64,000 bases of DNA. Source: Scyliorhinus canicula (Eukaryota). The DNA lies in assembly GCF_902713615.1 (NCBI RefSeq), contig NC_052147.1, forward strand, positions 48,283,549-48,347,548. The letters are read 5' to 3'. The position numbers and the translations under genes are program-made. Below, in pieces: positions 38,972-52,910 of the stretch. Below the pieces are notes generated by a model. The model worked only from the letters and a program-made list of their open reading frames with translations, did no database searches and was not told the origin of the DNA. The first letter of the stretch is position 1; each line of letters begins with the position of its first letter.

Positions 38972-40590
38972 GTGGGTAATATGAGCTGTTTATTCATGCA
39001 TACATTAGAGGCACTCTTTGCTCTAATGGCAGGAATTTCTGATTTTTGTAAGGCACAAAATACAACCCGTCTTTCTTTGTACTATTTACATAAGATATAC
39101 GGAACAGAAATAGGTAATGCAGCTCAACCAGTGCATGCTAGCTCTACCCAAGCTTTCTTCTATATTTCCTCATATAAATATAGATATAAATCTATCAGTG
39201 TAACCCTCTATTCCCTTCTCTGTGCTGGGTTTCAGATCTTGCTGGTTTCTGTAGAGAAAAATCAGAATCTTATTCAATTAATAGGAGAAACATAAAATCA
39301 AGTGAATAAATGTATTTTTATTAACGTTTGAAAAATGAATACATAACAGTGAAGAAATAATGCTTTTTAAAAAATGTTACGTATGCCTGACTTGTAGGCC
39401 GTGCTGGATTCAAAGTACAGATCAGGCAGATTGAGCCAAGCCAGCTGGGGTCAAGGGATTGCTCGGAGCGCAGGAAAAGAGTGGCGCATGAAGCTATTGC
39501 AGCATGTATAGATTTTTGGATAGCCAGATGTACCTGCACTACCTCACATTTAACTCTGTTAAAATTAATTTGCCCACATAGATGCTCGATGTTCAAGCTT
39601 AATAATGCCCTCCTGTAATTTGTTGAAATCCTCAGAATTGACTATTCCACCAGTCCCCAAAACTCCCCTTCTACACAGACAAAGTCCAAATCATTCATGT
39701 AAATTGTGACCAGCAGTGGTCCCGACACTGATTCTTGGAACACCGCTCTGTGACTCTAAATATCTATCCTTTACTTTCTGCTTTGAAGCCAGCTAGCAAT
39801 CCATTTTACCACTTGTCCACTGACTCCTCATTCTTTGACCTTATTTATTATTATGGCGCACTTTATCAAAAACCTTTTGAAAATCCAGATAAACTGCATC
39901 TATTTTAACCATAATCTGCAGGGCTGGTTTAGCTCAATGGTTTAGACAGCTGGTTTGTACCAAACTACCCTAACCTCCCGCCCCTCAGATACTACTACAC
40001 CAAAATATGCATTCAGAAAAGTAGAAGGCGAGCATAAACAACCAAAACCTACTTCTAGTAAACATAACCCCAAACAAAACAAAAACACCAAGCTCATTAT
40101 CTAAAGCAGAACTACTATAATAAGCTGCAGTCAACTCCTCAACACTGCTCCCGTTAGCTAATGGCGTCCTGGTCTCCAAGGCTCCCAACAAGACCCCTGA
40201 TCCCGCAGCCCCAAGATACTATGGGATTCTGATTCATATTGATTGGTTTACCCTGAAAGGAACCAATAAGATAATGGGATCAATCAACTCCCCTCTCAGG
40301 GCATCATATCTAATATCACCCACCTTCCAAGTTTCAGGCTCCCACACTTAACGTTTCCCTCGCTTGTGTTTTTTTAAGTTGCAGAATGTTTCAGGCTCAT
40401 GTTTTGACTCGGACCTAGAATCTTGACAACATAGGTCAAGATTCTTCAGCCTTCAGCAGTAAATATTTTACTTCTGATCTGCAAGTAATTCTGAGGGATG
40501 TCAATGTTAATTTCAAAATTGGATGGAATCCTAAAAGTTTAGGCTAAATGGCTGTCTGCATTGTGTTACTTGTTGCTCATTACTTTCCAG

Positions 40591-40654
40591 GAGAAAGAGA
40601 TGTTCATACACACTCGTTTAAAGGCAAAAGGAATAGGATTAAGAGATGAGGAAG
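40591..40654 (+). CDS. COA8: COA8 exon 3 (64 bp)
   Basis: Acceptor tactttccAG, donor G|GTGAGG. Translates EKEMFIHTRLKAKGIGLRDEE(G). Confidence 0.93.
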
Positions 40655-41284
40655 GTGAGGAAACTGCTTTTTTTATTTCAATTGGGTACCTTTAAAGTTT
40701 TTAAATAATGTGGTCCAATTGTAAAATACTTCACCCGTATGTAGAACTTCTACTTTGAAGGAAGAGGGTGGCATCAAACCTAATTATATTAGTGTTGCTA
40801 AAAAAGAGGCGTTCTGTCAAATCTTTTTATTTTGCACTCATCAGGATAGATACAGGAGTGCCAAACCACTGTGCTACCATGCTGCCCATTCTACCGTGCT
40901 GCCCTATAATTAGCACACTCGCGATTGTTCAGCAAATGCTGTCCAATCGCGGGATCACATCTAATGTTAGACATTATGTTCTGAATCCTGCAAGCTTTTG
41001 CAATTTGGTTGTGTACGGTCAAAACAAGAGTGCAGTAAGAAAGCTGGGTGCAAGCCTGGAGATTGGTAAGTGGGGGAGTTTAATGTGCTAATCTTGTTCT
41101 TCGATTTTGCTCTTATAGCTATCTTAGCCTGTATTTAGCAGTAACTGGAAAGTACTGTGTAAGCAAGCTAAAGTTTTATATTTCCAGCAGTTTAGACAGG
41201 GTAAATGCACTCTCAGCTGTGGGAGCTGAATGTTTAATAAGCTAACTGGTTTAATCTGGTTACTGTAGTTCTTGTTCAGTTCTT

Positions 41285-41481
41285 TTTATAATTTAGAGTA
41301 CCCAATTCGTTTTTTTTCTAATTAAGGGGCAATTTTAGTGTGGCCAATCCACCTAACCTGCAGATCTTTGGATTGTGGGGGTGAAACCCACGCAGACATG
41401 GGGAGAATGTACAAACTCCACACGGACAGTGACCCAGGGCCGGGATTCAAACCCGGATCCTCAGCGCCGCAGTCCCAGTGC
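41285..41481 (-). mobile_element. V-SINE/HE1-like SINE (5' truncated)
   Basis: SINE body and tail; flanking tgttcagttt duplication. Confidence 0.85.
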
Positions 41482-41789
41482 TCCTGTTCAGTTTTTTATA
41501 AATTCAGTTCAGACAGTAAAGTGAAGCAGAAGGCAGGCTTACTAGACCTCATATTGTGCAACGAGATAGGATTAATTGATAACCTCAGTGAAGACATTCT
41601 TAGGTAGCATAGATCATAATGTGACTGAATTTTACATGCAGTTTGAGCAAGAGAAGAGTACATCCAAGACTAGTGTTTTAAACTTAAATAAGGACAATTA
41701 TGAGGGCATGAAAGCAGAGCTAGGTAGAGTGAATTGGCAGATGTGCTTAAGGGATAGATCAATAGAGATACAGTGGAGACATTTCAAAA

Positions 41790-44410
41790 ATGTATATTTT
41801 ATTACAAATGTGTATCAAAAAAGTTACAGCACATAAACTCCCCGGAAAATATGCTTCCAACAGTCAACTATACAGTTTGTACAATTTTTCTCCCTTTTTC
41901 ACTCCCCCCCCCGCGACAAACAACTCCTCAAACACGGTCACGAACATCCTCCAGCTTGTCTCAAACCCCTCTGCTGAGCCCCCTTAGCTCATACTTTATC
42001 TTCTCCAGCCACAGGAGGTCGTACAGGTCACCCAACCAGGCCACTACCCCCGGCGGCAATGCCGACCGCCACTCCAGTAAGATTCGTCGCCGGGCAATCA
42101 GAGGCGAAGACCACAACATTGGTCTTCCTCCTCTCCATGAGCTCCAGCTTTTCCGAAACCCCAAATATTGCCACCAAAGGATCCGGGTCCACCTCCTCCC
42201 CCATTATCCTTGCTAGGACCACGAACACACCCACCTAGATTCACTGGCCCCATCCCACACATCTCACACTCATCTGCCACCCCCTGGAAGAACCCACTCA
42301 TTCTTGCCCGAGTCATATGTACCCTGTGTACAAATTTAAACTGTAGAAGGTTCACCTTTGCGCACAAGGAGGTCGTGTTTACCCTACGCGTGCCTCACTG
42401 CATACTCCCCAATTGATCTCTCCTCCCAGCTCCCTTTCCCATTTTTACTTAATCTTCACCACCCGCTCACCTCCCTGCTCTCCCAGCCACCTATATATAT
42501 CTCCAATTCTACCCGCCCCTTCCACATCCGGAAGTATCAGTTTCTCCAGCAGGGTGTATCCCGGAAACCTAGGGAACTCCTCCTAAACCTTTCATGCAAG
42601 GTCGCTTACCTGCAGGTACCTGAACTCACTCCCTCTCAGGAGCTCTACCCTCTTTCTAAGTTCCTCCAGACTGGCAAACCCTTCCTCCAAATACAAATTC
42701 CTCACCTTGACCAGCCCCACTTCCCTCCACCTGTACATGCTATCCAACCCCCCGGCTCAAAACCATGATTTTCACACAACGGCGTTAATACTACATCCCT
42801 TCCATCCTAAAATGCCTCCTCAACTGGTTCAAAATCTTCAATGTGTACTGCACCACCGGGCTCCCTAAATACCTTCTCAGCGCCATTGGCAACACTGCCG
42901 TCACCATAGCCCTTAAACTGGACCCCTTACAGGATTCTTCCTCCATCCTAACCCATTCTATTCCCTCTCTATTTCACCTTCGCCCCACCTTTTCCACATT
43001 CGCCCAAGAGTAATGAAGCAGGTTCGGCAATGCCAACCCCCACCTTGCTGCCTCTGCCCTGTAGCAGGGTCCTCCGAACCCATGACACCTTCCCTGCCCA
43101 TACAAAGTCCGAAAAAATCGTGTCCAGCTTCCGAAAAAAGGCCTTTGATATAAAGATCGGGAGTGTCTGATAAATAAACAGGAACCTTGGCCGAACTTTC
43201 ATCTTTACCACTTGGACCCTCCCTGCTAAAGTGAACTGCAATGCATTCCACCTCCGAAGATCCTCCTGGCGTCCTCCACTAGCTTCGCTAAGATCCACTT
43301 GTGGAGCATCGTCCATTCCCTTGCTACCTGAATCCCCAAATACCTAAACCTATCCCTAGCCACCTTAAATGGAATCCCCCCCCTAAATTGGATCGCCGTC
43401 CCAACTCATCCACCGGGAACACTTCACATTTCCCTACATTCAGCTTATACCCCGAGAACTCCCCAAACCTTCCCAGTAGGCCCGTGATCCTTCCCATACT
43501 CTCCAGCAGGTCCGAAACATACAACAATAGGTCATTGGCAAAAAGCGAATCCCAATGCTCCCTCTGTCCCCTCATAATCCCCTGCCACTCCACCGACCCC
43601 CTAAGAGCCATCGCCAACGGCTCTATGGCCAGCGCAAACAATAACGGCGGGGATTGCCAATTTAGGGGGGATTATAGCGGGCACCCCTGCCTTGTTCCCT
43701 TATGTAGTTCAAAGCTCCGTGAGCTCATATAATTCGTCCGCACACTCACCCTTGGTGCCACATATAGCAAGCGCACCCAGGCCACAAACCTCGGCCCAAC
43801 CCAAACCGTCCCAGAACCTCAAAAAAGGGGAAAGACCCAATGGAATGTATGTTGTGTAGGTACATATTACTGTTGAATACTGATGTGAAAATACTGGCTA
43901 AGTTGTTGGCGGGAAGTACCGGCACTCCACCTGTTTGAATGCTTTCTCCGCGTCCATGGACACCACTGGTACCAGGGCTCCTGATGGATTCATGATTATA
44001 TACTTGGCGCCAACAACTTAGCCAGTATTTTCACATCAGTATTCAACAGTAATATGTGCCTATACAACATACATTCCACTGGGTCTTTCCCCTTTTTTGG
44101 GGATTAACATAATCACTGCCTGCATCACCATCTCTGGCAGCTCCCCTTCGCCAACACCTCATTAAACATCCCCAAAAGATGTTGTGCCAGATCTGACGCA
44201 AACTCCTTATAATATTTCACTGGATATCCATCCGGCCCTGGCGCCTTCCCCGACTTCATTCTCCTAATATTCTCTAGCACCTACCTCATCCCCAGGGGCT
44301 CCTCCAGTGCCTGCCTCTTTATTTCCTCCAGCTGAGGAAACTCCAGCTCGTCCAAAAACTGTCTCATGTCCCCCTCTTCTCCCCCCAGGTCCTCCTTGTA
44401 CAATCCCTGG
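41790..44410 (-). mobile_element. L1-clade LINE 3' half in COA8 intron 3
   Basis: FALAIEPLA, LFANDLLLY, FSGYKLNVGK, LAGRVQVVKM, QFKFVHRVH...CEMC. Confidence 0.88.
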
Positions 44411-45371
44411 AGTCGTCCATTTGGCCCTTCGAACCATCTCCGTCATTCAGCATCATCATGGCTGATCCTCTCTCTCTAAACCCCTCTCTCTGTAAGCCAT
44501 TCTCCCGCGCTCTCCCCATTCCCCTTGACGCCTTTAGAGCCTAGGGGCTGGATTCTCCCAAAATAAGACTATGTCCCCACGCCAGCGTAAAAACGGTGGG
44601 GTTTTACTCTCGAAATTCCTATTAAAAAGTTGAACTAATTCAATGCTCTGCTGGGTGCTAGCAGAGACCCTGAGTAAATCTCATAGCTTTAGCTGTGGAT
44701 ACAGGCCCCCGCACTTCCGGTTCGGAGTCCGCATGTGTGCACGGCGCCAGCCTACAGCAGCCACGCGCGCCCGAGCTTGAAACCATGCAGTATGTTGAGA
44801 AAACCCCTCACCCAGTTTTGGTCCCCTCTCCCAGCTATTGCCCTTGAGGAGTTGGTGGGTGTCACAGCGCCCTGGGCTAGTGCGTGGTCAATTGCAGCCC
44901 CACTTGACCCGGAACCGCAATGCAAATGAAAATAGATGTTATTTTAAAATAGCTGAGGCCCTAGTGGTTAGCACTGCTGCCTCATGGCCCTGGGTCACTG
45001 TCCATGTGGAGTTTACACTGTGTCTGCGTGGGTCTCACCCCCACAACCCAAAGAAGTTGAGGGTAGGTGGATTGGCCAGGCTAAATTGCCCCTTAATTGG
45101 TGAAAGAAAAACAATTGGCTACTTTAACATTAAAAAAAAATTAAAATACCTGAAGTCCTTGGCTACAATAAACTGCAGTCACCAGATTTGTAACCTTAGC
45201 ACAAGTAACCTTTCATTATGTACAGTATTATAATTAAACTGGCAGAAAAATGTAACTGAGTATCTAATACCCCCTTTCCAACCCCCCTTTCTAACTTCCC
45301 CCACTCTTGATACACACACACACAAAAAAAAATACAGAGGGGAAAGGCTGATTGAGAGATTAAGAAAATAT

Positions 45372-45589
45372 TTTTAAAAAATAAATTTAGTGTACCCAAT
45401 TCATTTTTTCCAATTAAGGCGCAATTTAGCGTGGCTAATCCACCTACCCTGCACATTTTGAGTTGTGGGGGTGAAACCCACGCAAACACGGGGAGAATGT
45501 ACAAACTCCACACAGACAGTGATCCAGAGCCGGGATCGAACCTGGGACCTCGACGCCGTGAGGCAGCCACTGTGCCACCGTGCTGCCCC
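45372..45589 (-). mobile_element. V-SINE/HE1-like SINE
   Basis: TSD gag(a/g)ttaagaaaatatt. Confidence 0.85.
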
Positions 45590-45779
45590 TCAAGAGGTTA
45601 AGAAAATATTAATTAAAATAAAAGAATAAAGGATCTTTAATTCACTAGGATGGCTTCCAGTTAATACCTTTCTGAAGTTCAAGCATTCATTCCGATACGA
45701 CTTCCTTCGAGGCTTCATATGGTTTTTCTCTGGCACGTTTGTCTACTTTCTCTCCAGACTCGGGATTAGTTCAAATTTA

Positions 45780-48437
45780 AAAAAAAAATTTTTTATCTCT
45801 TTTTCACATTTTTCCCCGAATTTACACCAACTAACAATAAACAACAATCGTAGAACATAGAACAGTACAGCACAGAACAGGCCCTTCGGCCCTCGATGTT
45901 GTGCCGAGCAATGATTACCCTACTCAAACCCACGTATCTACCCGTAACCCAACAACCCCCCCCTTAACCTTACTTTTTAGGACACTACGGGCAATTTAGC
46001 ATGGCCAATCCACCTAACCCGCACATCTTTGGACTGTGGGAGGAAACCGGAGCACCCGGAGGAAACCCACGCACACACGGGGAGGACGTGCAGACTCCAC
46101 ACAGACAGTGACCCAGCCGGGAATCGAACCTGGGACCCTGGAGCTGTGAAGCATTTATGCTAACCACCATGCTACCGTGTTGCCCACAAATCAGCAACAA
46201 ATATGTCTATCCCCATAACCATAACAACTATCCCATCCTCCCACCAACCCTCAAACATCAGCCCGCCTGTTTACATAAACAAATGACAAAAAGGAATTGG
46301 GGATTACCCATAGTCACCCTTAATACACACCAGGCCCCCTCCCCCCCAACCCCCCCCCCCCCCCCCCCATCCCCAACTAATGTTCGAAATTATCCAGTTC
46401 TTGAAAGTGCATAATGAATAATGCCCATGACTTGTAGAACCCCCCCGTCCTTCCCCTCGGTTTGAACTTAACCTTCTCAAAGGTCAAGTACTCCAACAGG
46501 TCCCCCCGCCACGCTAGGGCACGAAGTGGAGAGGCTGCTCTCCATCCCAGCAGGATCTGCCTTCGGGCAATCAACGAGGCGAAGGCTACAATATCTGCCT
46601 CCGCACCCGTTTCCAACCCTGGTTGGTCCGACACCCCGAATATGGCCTCCTGGGGACCCGGGTCCAGTTTCACATGCACCACCTTGGAAATTACCCTAAA
46701 AACCTCCTTCCAGTACTCCTAGCTTTGGACAGGACCAAAACATATGAACGTGATTAGCGGGGCCCTCCCTGCAACGTTCACTCACATCCTCTACTCCTTC
46801 AAAGAATCGGCTCATCCTCGCCCTCGTGATGTGTGCTCTGTATACCACCTTCAGCTGTATCTGCCCCAACCTTGCACATGAGGTGGAGGCATTTACTCTC
46901 CGGAGCACCTCATACCAGACCCCTTCTTCTATAACCTCTCCCAATTCTTCCTCCCCCTTTGCTTTGATCCCCTCCAGTTGTGCCTTATCCTCTTCCAAAA
47001 TAGCTCCGTACACTGCTGACACTACCCCCTTCTCCAGTCCCCTTGTCGTCAGCACCTCCTCCAGCAATGTGCGGCCGGTTCCTCCGGGAAGCTCTGTATC
47101 TCCTTCCTGGCAAAATCTCGAACCTGCATGTATCTAAACATTTCTCCCTGCTCCAGCCCATACTTTCCTTCCAGCTCCCTCAATCCTGCAAACCGACCCC
47201 TAAGAAACAAATCTTTTAGCGTCCTAATCCCCTTCTCTTCCCATTTCCAAAAACTTCCATCCCACCTCCCTGGCTCAAATCTGTGGTTCCCCCGAATCGG
47301 CATTTCCCTTGACCCTGCCTCCAACCCGAAGTGTGGGCGAACCTGCCTCCAGATTTTCAATGAAGCTATTATTGCTGGACTCCCTGAGTATTTCCCCGGA
47401 GCTATCGGGAGCGGCGCTGTTGCTAGTGCTTTCAGTCCCGACACCCTGCACAAACTCTCCTCCATTCTGAACCACTGACCCAGCCCTGCACCGTCTCCAC
47501 ATTCGCCGCCCAGTAATAGTACATCAGGTTCGGGAGACCCAAACCCCCTGCCTGGCTTCCCCTCTGTAGCAGCACCTTTCTCACTCTGGCCACCTTCCCA
47601 TCCCATATGAACGTGGTAATCCTTCCTTCCCTGCCTTGTCCCACGGTGGAGAGAAAAGTATCTCGAGCTGATGTTGTTTGTGCGGACACTCGCCTTCGGC
47701 TCCTTATATAATAGCTTTACCCAGTTCACAAATCTTGGTCCAATCCCAAACCGCTCCAGAACTGCCATCAAGTACCCCCATTCTACCCAGTCAAACGCCT
47801 TCTCGGCGTCCAATGCAACAACCACCTCTGTTTCCTTCCGCCAGTGCCATAACGACGTTCAAAATCCTCCTAATGTTCGAAAAGAGCTGCCTCCCTCTCA
47901 CGAACCCCATCTGATCCTCACCTCTCACCTTCGGGAGGCACTCATCCAGCCTACCCGCCAGTACCTTCGCCAATACTTTTGCGTCCACATTCAGAAGTGA
48001 TATGGGCCTATATGACCCACACTCCGTCAGACCTTATCATTTTTTAGCAACAGCGAAATCGATGCCTGCCCCAAGGTTTGTGGCAACACCCCCTTTCCTA
48101 TCGCCTCTTCAAACATCCCCACCATCAGGGGTGCGAGCTTATCCTTGAATTTTTAATAATATTCCACCGGAAACCCATCCGGCCTCTTCCACCTTCCCCG
48201 ACTGCATCCTCCCAATTGCATCCTTTATCTCTAGCTCCACTATTGCTTCTTCTAATGTAGCCCTGTCACCCTCCCCTAGCCTCGAGTACTCCAACCCATC
48301 TAGAAATTCCTGCATCTCACGGTCTCCCCCAGGTGGCTCTGACCTGTATAACCTCTCATAAAACTCCTCAGAAACCTTGTTAATCAGCTCCGGGGCCACC
48401 ACCAACTTCCCTGCCCTATCCCTCACCTGAAGAATTT
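45780..48437 (-). mobile_element. 5'-truncated L1-clade LINE with a TSD; carries a V-SINE at about 45851-46185
   Basis: LDAEKAFD, RGTRQG, GGLGLPNLMYYYWA, HMFWSCP. 17-bp TSD ggattagt(t/g)caaattta at 45763-45779 and 48438-48454. Confidence 0.9.
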
Positions 48438-48845
48438 GGATTAGTGCAAATTTACAGCATAGATTGCCAGACATTCACTGGTTTTTAGGACACTAAAGCA
48501 GTTCTTTACTTCAGCAGCGAGAGAGCGAGACTGTCCCTTTCACTTCCAAGATCTAAACACTTCTGCCCAGTTCTCTCAAAGAGCATCACGCTGGAACCAG
48601 TCACTGACTGTTGTCAGGCAGAACATCGATTGCCAGTCAACCAATCAAACCAATTTCCTCCAAAGGTGGTTCCTAAGATTCACCTGGCGCCGATGATGCT
48701 GTTTCTCCTCTCGAAAATAGAAAACCAAGGAACATAATGTCCTGACCAAGCACATTCGAATATTGGTCCACGAACCAAAAATAATCAAATAAAATGGGAA
48801 CAAAAGAAATAAACAGAAAGGGCTCTTATCGTGGTGAGCTGTTGT

Positions 48846-49068
48846 GCAGCACGGTGGCTCAGGGAGTAGCACTGCTGCCTCACAGCACCGAAGTCCCAGG
48901 TTTGATCCCAGCTCTGGGTCATTGTCCGTGTGGAGTTTGCACATTCTCCCCTTGTTTGCGTGGGTTTCGCCCCCAAAACCCAAAGATGTGCAGGCTACGT
49001 GGATTGACCACACTAAATTGTCCCTTAATTGGAAAAAATGAATTGGGTACTCTAAATTTTTTTTTAAA
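48846..49068 (+). mobile_element. V-SINE/HE1-like SINE
   Basis: Full head, body and tail. Confidence 0.87.
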
Positions 49069-51129
49069 ATAGTTGTCTTCTGCTGCTTCAGTCCTTGAGG
49101 TGTAGGTACACCAAATGTGCTGTTAGGTACTGAGTTCCCTGATTTTGATCCAGTGACAGTAATGGAACAGCAATATATTTCCAAGTTAAGATGGTGAGTG
49201 GCTTGGAGGGAAACTTCCAGGTATCTGTGGCCCATGTCCTTCTCGACGGTAGCAGTCATGGGTTTAGAAGGTGCTGCCTAAGGAGCCTTGGTGAGTTTTT
49301 CAGTGCATTGAAAAATGAGAGCTCATGTTGTAGGGGGTAACATATTAGCATAGATAGAGTTGTCATAAATGGATCTTTTTATGGTTGGCAGGATTTGAAG
49401 AGTGGTGAGCCACAGGGATCAATTTTGGTGCCTCAACTTTTTTACAATTTACATAAACAATTTGGATGAAGGAACTGAAAATATGGTTACTAAATTTGCT
49501 GACAAGACAAAGATGGTACACACTGTTGCCACTGTTCGTTGGTGATGGAGGGTTTGAATGTTTGTGGAAGGGGTACTAATCATGCGGGCTGCTTTGTCCT
49601 GGATGGTGTTGAGCGTCTTGAGTGTTGTTGGAGTCTGCACTTATCCAGGCAAACGGAGAGTATTCCATCACACTCCTGATTTATTTGTTCTAGATGGTGG
49701 ACAGGCTTTGGGGGAGTCAGGAAAGCAGTTATACGCCATAGGATTCCCAACCTTTGATCTGCTCATGTAACCAGAGTCTTTACATGGTTAGTCCTGCTCC
49801 GTTTCTGGTCAATGGGAACCCCCAGGATTTTGCTGCTGGAGGATTGAGCTATGGTAATGCCATTGAATGTCAAAGGATGTTGGTTAGATTCTCTCTTGTT
49901 GAAGATGGTCATTACCTGGCACTTGTGGGGCAAATGTTACTTCCCACTGTCAGTCCAAGCCTGGATGTTTTCCAGGTCTTGTTACATTTGGCCATGGACT
50001 GCTTCAGTATTTGAGGTGTGGCATATGGTGCTGAACATTGTGCAATCATCAATGAACATCCCCACCTAAGATCTTATGATGTAAGGAAGGTCATTGATGA
50101 AGTGGCTTGGTCTAGGAAACTGCCCTGAGGGAGCCATGCAGTGATTTCATGGAACTGAGGTGAATGACCCCCAACAACACAATTATCTTCCTTTGTGCCA
50201 GGTATGATCCAACCAGCGGAGGGTTTTCACCGATTCCCATTGACTCCAGTTTTGCTCCTTGATGCCAACCTCAATCATATATTGTCTTGATGTTGAGGGC
50301 AGTCACACTTACCTCACCTCTGCAATTCAGCTGTGTTGTCCATGTTTGAACTAAGGCTGTAATGAGGTCAGGAACTGAGGGATCCTGGCTGAACCCAAAC
50401 TGAGCATCAGTGAGCAGGTTATTGCTAAGCAAATGCAGTTTGATAGTGATGTTGATGATCCCTTCCATCACTTTACTGATGGTTGAGAGTAGACTGATGG
50501 GACGATAATTGGCCAGGTTGGATTTGTTCTGTTTCTTGCGTACAGGACATACCTGGGCAATTTTCCATATTGTTAGGTAGATGCCAATGTTATAGCTTTG
50601 CTAGGGGAATGGCATGTTTTGAAGCACAAGTCTTCAGTATTATTGCCGGAATTTGTCAAGGCCCATAGTATGCGCAATACACGGCTAGCTATGATGTGTC
50701 GGTGTGCAGGTCATGAATAGCCTTTGCGAAAGTGAAGGAAGCCTTCAACGTGTTTGTGGAATACTCACTCAGAACTGGTTTTAGCAACTCACTCAACCAT
50801 TGGACAATTCATGTTGTGCAGAACCAGTCACAGATAAGGCAGGGCATAATGGGACATTATTTTTGTGTGTCTTGGACAGTCTGTACATTTATGGGCATAG
50901 TGAACCATGAAAACGTATCCTATATATACACCACAAGGCAACTCTTTACCCAGGCAAGTCTAACAAAAGTTTACATAATTTGCTTTTGAGCAGAGTTGTG
51001 TGGTCATGCGTGGTGGGTACGAATCTTGACAGGTAATTAAGAACAGTGTGCATTTTGTCAGTATAGCCACGCTTGTTAAGGATGACAATTCCAGTTCCTT
51101 TGTTCAATTTTCAAATATGTATGCCTAGG

Positions 51130-51900
51130 TTTCCCTTTGAAGCCTTCCATGTGAAAATACAGCATGACAACAATGATGTGTCTGTGTGCATGTTTGACAT
51201 TGCAAGCCTATTCAGTAATGTGCTGCTCAAGGAAGCCACAGATATTTGCACCTCATCAGGATATCATGACAATCTAGACAGGCCGCCATGTTCTGAATCT
51301 ATATTAATTAACCGTGCGAGTTTAGCAGCTTGCGCAGTTGAATTCTGCTTTAATGACACTATTAAATTTATTAAATTTGTATGTCCAAGTAGATTGTGCT
51401 GCCACGAGATCCCATCTAGGGCCAGCTCTCACTAATATTTTTGTCTGTTTCCATGAGAAACCTGTTTTGATGGAATGACTCAAAAAATTCAGAATATAAT
51501 GTCAAACGTCATTTGTGATTCCACGATTGTGCAGAATTTTGTGAACAATCCTGCATTTTCTAGCTTACTTATGCTTGCTGGAAGTAACATATATTCAAAT
51601 GCAGGGTCCTGTCCTCTGCAGACATAAATAATGTCCAGTCATGGCATCTTTTTTGAATAAACAGAAGCAGGAGGATAATAGCTCCTTGGCGCATTCACCA
51701 TGGCAACGTCTTGACCAATCAGAACCGATTTGTCAACCAATCCGCACCGCTTTTCTCATGCAGTATAAATTATTGTCCCTTTGAAATGTTGGCATTGATG
51801 CATCTGTTCTGATGAGTGCACGGTGAAAATCTTCGACTGCATTACTTTTTTTCAGCAGTCTTTAGGTTCTGTACTACCAAGTGACTGTTAATGATACCAC
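51130..51900 (+). mobile_element. Degenerate Penelope-like element (second lineage)
   Basis: Reverse transcriptase remnant CMFDIASLFSNV...FCFND; terminal hammerhead-like core CTGATGA...GAAA at 51809-51828. Confidence 0.65.
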
Positions 51901-51967
51901 AAAAGGTAAAGTGCGATAAGTGTCTGGGTCGAGTGACTGATGGACAAAGAATCCATATCTATTTCTT

Positions 51968-52188
51968 TTTTTTTAATTTTAGAGTCCCCAATTCATTTTT
52001 TCTAATTAAGGGGCAATTTAGCGTAGCCAATTCACCTCCCCTGCACATGTTTTGGATTGTGGGAGCGAAACCCATGCAAACACAGGGAGAATGCAAACTC
52101 AACACGGACAATGACCAAGAGCCAGGATCGAACCTGGGACCTCGGCGCTGTGAGGCTGCAGCACTAACCACTGCGCCACCATGCTGCC
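51968..52188 (-). mobile_element. V-SINE/HE1-like SINE
   Basis: TSD tccatatctatttctt on both sides. Confidence 0.87.
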
Positions 52189-52910
52189 TCCATATCTATT
52201 TCTTATTGCATTTGTAAATGTTATATTTTCTAGTCACATGCAGATTATTTTAATTCATGCAGATTGTTCAATTGCAAACCCAGTTCATGCATTTCTGGTA
52301 TAACCATTGGGGCCTAACTTGGTCAGTAACAACTGTTAGTGGAAAATATGTTAGGGACTAATACGTATTACTAATACAAGAGGTTGGATATGCAGTAACC
52401 CATTTTGCTCATATATGTGTGTTTGGACTGCACTAACTCCAATACCAAGAATTGTTTTGCTCTCTGGTAACAAACACTGGTAACTTTGTATAACATTGAA
52501 AAGTTGGCCATCCACAAATTTATGTTATCCCATTTCCTTTCTTGAGTTCCCACCAGCAATCCACCCGGCAAAATCTTTTTCAAGTGATATTCTGCAGCTA
52601 GCCACTAGGAGGTGTGCAAGAGTGTCCTTGGGTGATCCTCTGTGATTATATTCTGCGCTTCCTCCCTGTGGAGTAATGTTGTGTCTCCACCTAGCACTTG
52701 TGTTGTTAGCGCATCAGTTGGGAATTCCAGACACCAATGATTGTTTTATCGTCAGTGGGATAGTATATTGGAACTCCAGGGCTCAAAGAACTGAAATGGA
52801 TTATCTTTTTAAGAGGCATCTATGGGGATGGGGGGATAGAAGTATACCATTTAAATTGACTTGTCACTAACTCAGAATATTTTTCATCAAGCTGAAAATG
52901 TTAAATACAT

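Noticed and set aside
39958-40330. A/C-rich, G-poor segment resembling a mitochondrial insertion (ND5/ND6-like skew)
   Set aside because: I could not read any mitochondrial protein, tRNA or rRNA motif in the frames I tried. The same skew occurs in the minus-strand L1 copies, so a LINE-derived piece is more likely. A BLASTn against a shark mitogenome would settle it.
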